DNA of 38,720 nucleotides from Octopus bimaculoides (Eukaryota). The DNA is taken from contig NC_068984.1 in assembly GCF_001194135.2 (NCBI RefSeq), positions 44,430,955 to 44,469,674 on the forward strand, written 5' to 3'. The notes beneath the pieces are model-generated. The model was not told where the DNA came from, searched no databases, and was given only the letters and a program-made list of their open reading frames with translations. A program made the translations under genes and the position numbers. How positions within the stretch are numbered: position 1 is the first letter of the stretch; every line of letters starts with the position of its first letter. This document shows positions 34,146 to 38,720 of this stretch, piece after piece.

Positions 34146-34372
34146 TAATAATAATCTTTTCTACTCTAGGCACAAGGCATGAAATTTTTAGAGAGAGGGC
34201 CAGTCGATTAGATCGACCCCAATGCGCAACTGGTACTTAATTTATCAACCCCAAAAGGATGAAAGGCAGAGTCGACCTCGGCAGAATTTGAACTCAGAAT
34301 GTAAAGACAGACAAAATATTGCTAAGCATTTCACCTGCCGTGCTAATGTTTCTGCAAGCTCGCTGCCTTCAT
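34146..34372 (-). mobile_element. tRNA-derived SINE (family D, core 'gcctttcatccttt.ggggtcgataaa.taagtaccag')
   Basis: ctgagttcaaattc B-box-like segment, conserved core, (att)n tail. Related copies at ~8840-9040(-), ~21290-21495(-), 34455-34670(+), ~35230-35400(+) and ~35400-35625(+). The core resembles the Meta/Sauria-SINE central domain from memory. Confidence 0.8.
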
Positions 34373-34389
34373 ATAACAACAACAACAAC

Positions 34390-34453
<64 letters not shown>
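34373..34453. repeat. Compound (AAC)n(AAT)n microsatellite
   Basis: Direct reading. Confidence 0.95.
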
Positions 34454-34454
<1 letters not shown>

Positions 34455-34455
<1 letters not shown>

Positions 34456-34670
34456 GGCAGTAGTGAGTTGGCAGAATCATTAACATTGCTCAGCAACATT
34501 TTGTCTGCCTTTAGATTCTGAGTTCAAATGTAATCAAAGTCAACTTTGCCTTTCGTTCTTTTGAAGTCAATAAAATAAGTACCAGTTGAGCACTGAGATT
34601 AGCACTCTCTCTAAAATTTCAGGCATTGTGTCTATTCTAGAAAGGAATATTGTTGTTGTTGTTGTTATCA
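34455..34670 (+). mobile_element. Family D SINE, head-to-head with the 34146 copy
   Basis: gagttggcagaatcatt...ttctgagttcaaat...caactttgcctttc...aagtaccagttgagcactg...(gtt)n tail. Confidence 0.75.
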
Positions 34671-35229
34671 TTATCACAAAAGAGAGAAAACTACAGTAAA
34701 CAATATGGTAATTTAAAACATGGCAACTTGTATGCTAACTATGAAAATGTAACAGCTTTTAGATTATTTTCATTTTAGTGAAGAAATGGTAGGACACCAA
34801 ATCATCCTGAATTTAAATCACAATAGAGTTGACATTGCTTTTTACTAATTACAAGTTTGATAAAAATAAGTATAAGCCAGTGAAAAAACTCCTAAGCCTA
34901 TGTAGTTGCTTGACCTACCAGAAGTAACAACCAAATCTCCCCTTAAATCACACCCTATAATCTTGAAAAAGAATTAATATCTTGAATAATGTAATTCTAG
35001 ATACAAAACACCTGAAAATAAACAGCCACAGTTGAAACACTGTTGATTATAAATCTTCAAAATAGAAGTCCTATGCTACATAACAACTACAATAAAAAGT
35101 ATTAGGTTTTTGCTGGTACTAATCAAACTGACTACATCATTGTCCTCCTTCAAATTTGTACCTTTTTATCAGATGTGAGAAATGGTTCAAGTAAATACTG
35201 AATACCAAATAAAATACATTGCAGGATTT

Positions 35230-35625
35230 CTTTGCATTTTGATTTTGAATTCAAATTTCATTGAAGTCAACTTGGTCTTTCATTCTTTCAGGGCTGGCAA
35301 AATAAAGTACCAGTCAAGTACTGGGGTCGATATAATCAACTAACCAGCCACCTCCACCCTGACCTATCAAAACTGCTGGCATTGTCTTGAAATTAGAAAT
35401 ATAGAGTGGTGGAATGACAAGATCATTAGAGTATCAGACAAAATGCCTTGTGGTATTTGTTCAGGTTCTTTATGCACTGAGTTCAAATAATGCTGAGATC
35501 AACTTTGCCTTGGATCCTTCCTAGGTCAATAAAATAAAGTACCAGTCCAGCACTGGGGTCAATGTAATTGGCTAAACCCCACATTTCAAAACTGATGGCC
35601 TTGTACCTACATTCGAAACAATCAT
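35230..35625 (+). mobile_element. Two tandem family D SINE copies
   Basis: Core gtcaactt(g/t)g(t/c)ctt...aaataaagtaccagtc occurs at ~35265-35330 and ~35500-35565. Confidence 0.7.
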
Positions 35626-36050
35626 TATTATTATCAAAATCATACACAGTAATCATTTAATGAATATTTGTAACTAGAGACATATTCCTTTTCAAGAAAA
35701 ATAACAAAAACAGAAGGAAAATTAGATTTGATCTTCCAGATGAAAACTGAATGGTATATACAAGAAGTTCTTCTTAAAATCAATGTAATAGTCTTTCAGC
35801 TGAGATAACTAATAAATGAGATTCGGAAAATGAAAAAAGAAACTTCAAGTTCAGGAAATTGATAGAACAACTGTTTCAGAATTCAGACACTTTTTTATTA
35901 GGTTAACCAGTAATAACTGTTTTTCACTACATTGACTAAGATAAGTAGAATATCTCGCTAAACTTTATAAATTTTAACAAGTTCCAAGAATGCTTTTACA
36001 ACAAAGCGCAATATCAAACTGTCTCTCATCACCCATATCAATGGTTCTCT

Positions 36051-36158
36051 CTTGCAGACAATGAATTGCTGCTGTTGTTCAGGTTGGGCATTGGCCACAC
36101 CAATCTCACCTGCCTGACAAATGGGGCCTGCAAATATTGTGGTCATTGCTCTGCTTAA
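36051..36158 (+). mobile_element. Possible relic of an I/Jockey-group LINE C-terminus
   Basis: LADNELLLLFRLGIGHTNLTCLTNGACKYCGH resembles the remembered motif E-x-x-L-x-RLRIGHT-x-LT...CxxC. Short and diverged. Confidence 0.35.
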
Positions 36159-36221
36159 TCTGACTAAATTATTACAAAAAAAAAAAACATCATAATTGGC
36201 ATAAATTTGTTTTTAACTTAC

Positions 36222-36305
36222 CAATTTCTGGATAGCTAGACCATAGTCCTGAGAGTATATATGGCACCACAAATGGATGTACTGGTTCTTTACAAGTATA
36301 GGAAT
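36222..36305 (-). CDS. VPS13B: VPS13B internal exon (84 nt, phase 0/0): IPILVKNQYIHLWCHIYSQDYGLAIQKL; not in the ORF track
   Basis: Acceptor ttcctatcacag|ATT; donor TTG|gtaagt. Resembles the remembered human segment VPLPSNEFIYVWC...QQRM. Confidence 0.85.
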
Positions 36306-36584
36306 CTGTGATAGGAAGAATAAACTCAGTTAAAATGAGAAACAGTCATATATGGATACAGTCTTCGCTATCTCTAGCTGTCACATCCTGGACGTTCTAT
36401 AGAAGCAAGCATGAGAGTGCCAAGAGTGTGTCCACAACTACACACACACATGCATTCATTCTCATTAGTATTACTAATGAGAATAATTTCATTTCAATGT
36501 CATGGTGCCAGCTAGGCCAGTTTGTAAAATAAAATTCAAAAATGCACTAAAAATTTGTTTTCCGGTTTTCAATGACAAACTAAC

Positions 36585-36833
36585 CTTGACCAATCGAGTT
36601 TCTTTCATACGTTCACCACAGATGTATACCTCCTGTGACCATGCCGTTGGCACACCTGACTGACGCAAGCGTAAAACACATGGTTCTCTTTCATCATAAA
36701 TCAGCGACCTGCCATTTTTAGATGCCTCCAGGGTCGTTGATGTATACGTAGTTCGATGTCTGTTTGTGACTACTTTCATTTCCAGAGGCAGACTGAGGCG
36801 GTTAGAGAACAGCAGCTGACCACGGATGATAAC
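36585..36833 (-). CDS. VPS13B: VPS13B internal exon (249 nt, phase 0/0): VIIRGQLLFSNRLSLPLE...ETRLVK
   Basis: Acceptor ctgcag|GTT; donor AAG|gttagt. VAB-repeat-like pattern (G-x-L-F-x-N-x-L-x-x-P-L-E). Confidence 0.88.
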
Positions 36834-37874
36834 CTGCAGCGAAAAGAAAGACATCAGCAAAGATTTCAAGCTGTTATAGAGTTATACAGTATTTTGTTTG
36901 TACAGATGAAATTGGTAGGATCTTTCTAGCAGAAACTAATGACATTTCTGACAATAAAATTAATGAAACTTTTTAAGATATGACAATTGTGATTTTTCAT
37001 CATGGCAATATTGCTAAATTAAAGTCAAATCATAGGATTAAATTGGTATGAACTTATTTCGAAATTATTTGCACTTCACACTACAATAGTAGATCCTCCT
37101 AGCTAATTTTAATTAGGTGGTATTTAATCATTTCTAACATAGGCTATGGAGAGCTATATCATCATCATCCAAAAATTTATTGTAAAATGACTATAAGAGA
37201 CTGCATATTTACTAGTGTAATGTAACTTCAGAATTTGTAGAGCAAAATGTGATATTTTTCTTGTAGAGTGTTAGGTGTGAAGCTTAGGGATTAGAATGTT
37301 GGGGTCAAGATCAGAAAGACCTGAATTTGATTCTGAACTAGGTAGCACATTGTATCTTTGAGCAAGGTACTAGATTTTGCTTCAGTTTACTCAAACAAGT
37401 GTTGGAGCACACCTCTCTCCCTACAGCTGCCACGTCCTGGATGTTCAGCTGGGTCTAGGGTGGTAGGGCCGAGAGGGTGTCTATGTCTGCTCACAGTTAC
37501 ACAAATACCTAAAACAATTGGCAAAAGCATGATACATGCTTCAAAGTTCAACTTTCATACAACTTTCATATGGTTAGCTAACTGGTTGTTTTGATGTACT
37601 AATATGAAAGACCATATTATCTATATGGTTGATATCACTAAGGTCACCTGCCCTTGATGAAAACACAGGTCTCTAGTAATAATCCAGGAATCTAGAGTTA
37701 AATCTAACTTCATGAATTAATGAATTACAGAAAACAAAATATATTTTAAGAAAATATGTAACAAGAATAAGACGAACTGGATAGAATATGCCTTTTAGAT
37801 ACCAACCAATAATAGAGAAGAGAAAGAAAAGTAGATATCAACATGTTAATGAGAAAAACATTTATTAAATTTAC

Positions 37875-38027
37875 CTGTTTTTGAACATTTGATAATGCTT
37901 TTACTTTGATAATCAACTTCAAGTTACTAGAATTGGTTGCAACAACACGGACAATGATACCATCTTCATCAATAGAAAATGGGTCACACCAGAACCAGGT
38001 CTCTGCATTAACGCACACATGCAACAT
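37875..38027 (-). CDS. VPS13B: VPS13B internal exon (153 nt, phase 0/0): MLHVCVNAETWFWCDPFSID...ALSNVQKQ
   Basis: Acceptor ttcctacag| at 38028; donor CAG|gtaaat at 37874. In frame with the next exon. Confidence 0.85.
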
Positions 38028-38229
38028 CTGTAGGAAGAGAAAAGAAATGATACAACTATGACATTCAGGATGTAAAACATCTAAAACTTGAGAATAACTC
38101 TTACATAGAATGGTTTAACCTGTGGTAAAGCTTCCCAGAGTAAGCTGTTACTATAACTTGTAAACAGATCTTTCATGTATACACTATCTCTAACTCTAAT
38201 ATTAACACATGGAAAGTTATTGGTCTACA

Positions 38230-38497
38230 ATAAGAGATTGTTCACAGAGACCAACAGTATGATCAGCATTAGAATCAATGAATGATTGTAGAATGATCAA
38301 TATAAGGAGCAATGTGAATGATTAGTCTATGATCACTACAAAGAACATTATGGATCAACAGAACGACAGATGTGAATGACCAGACAACTATCATCATGAA
38401 CGATCATGGAATGATTAACATAATGGTCAACATAAGAGAATGACCAATACAAGGATTAACATAATCAACAGAATGATCAATGATATGATCAATGAAA
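38230..38497. repeat. Decayed tandem repeat with an AATGATCAA-like core
   Basis: Repeated (g)aatga(t/c)(c/t)a(a) motifs, for example agaatgatcaat, gaatgaccaat and cagaatgatcaatgatatgatcaat. Confidence 0.5.
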
Positions 38498-38720
38498 TCA
38501 TCATCATCGTTTAACGTCCGCTTTCCATGCTAGCATGGGTTGGACGATTTGACTGAGGACTGGTGAAACCGGATGGCAACACCAGGCTCCAGTCTGATTT
38601 GGCAGAGTTTCTACAGCTGGATGCCCTTCCTAACGCCAACCACTCAGAGAGTGTAGTGGGTGCTTTTACGTGTCACCCGCACGAAAACGGCCACGCTCGA
38701 AATGGTGTCTTTTATGTGCC
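38498..38720 (-). mobile_element. Family A repeat, young copy, truncated by the window edge
   Basis: (tca)n-tcgtttaacgtccgctttccatgctagcatgggttggacg..., near-identical to the 32228 copy. Confidence 0.92.

Larger units (their letters stand above)
6284..38027 (-). other. VPS13B: Span of the partial multi-exon VPS13B (Cohen syndrome protein / bridge-like lipid transfer protein) orthologue; 13 internal coding exons, gene extends beyond both window edges
   Basis: Thirteen GT-AG-bounded exons join with consistent phases (0,0,0,0,2,2,0,0,0,1,1,1,1, ending in phase 1) and no stop codon. The translation follows remembered human VPS13B motifs in colinear order: SPLF..SHLP, WPY, GDIQIDNQL, VHASLKLFIASDHSPLSF, MHYASGALFRAG, VGSLEILGNP, GTLTSITNFASSVSRNMDRLSLD. 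Confidence 0.93.

Noticed and set aside
35958-36146. 62-aa minus-strand ORF as a VPS13B exon
   Set aside because: Exons 36222-36305 and 32781-32956 already join in frame and match the remembered human sequence contiguously. No VPS13-like motif, and the opposite strand looks like a LINE relic.

Overview
AT-rich eukaryotic genomic DNA. The repeat landscape (RTE-clade LINEs with (GAT)n tails, tRNA-headed SINEs, AAT/CA microsatellites) looks octopus/cephalopod-like; this is inference. The window lies inside one large minus-strand gene, a VPS13B (COH1) orthologue. I reconstructed 13 internal coding exons (38027 to 6284). All introns are GT-AG with matching phases, and the exons splice into an uninterrupted ~3520-nt frame (~1173 aa) covering the VAB/SHR-BD-like region through the ATG_C region. 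The gene continues past both window edges. The introns are packed with transposon debris: RTE LINE fragments (one with a stop-free RT frame at the left edge, one 5'-inverted), a mariner, a second Tc1/mariner-superfamily element, a CR1-like 3' end, an R4/Dong-like RLE element next to an (AAT)n tract, SINEs, TTAA-flanked MITEs and a Helentron/DINE-1-like element. I see no new protein-coding system. The most notable structure is a four-level nested insertion stack (MITE > composite Helentron-like element > CR1 > RTE tail with minisatellite) that makes up ~96% of one intron. Other points of interest are a twin-priming-type LINE inversion, inverted repeats that could drive circRNA formation or A-to-I editing, and a 270-bp perfect palindrome next to an assembly gap. 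Repeat coordinates are read by eye and approximate unless junction bases are quoted. Family names come from remembered motifs, not database searches.
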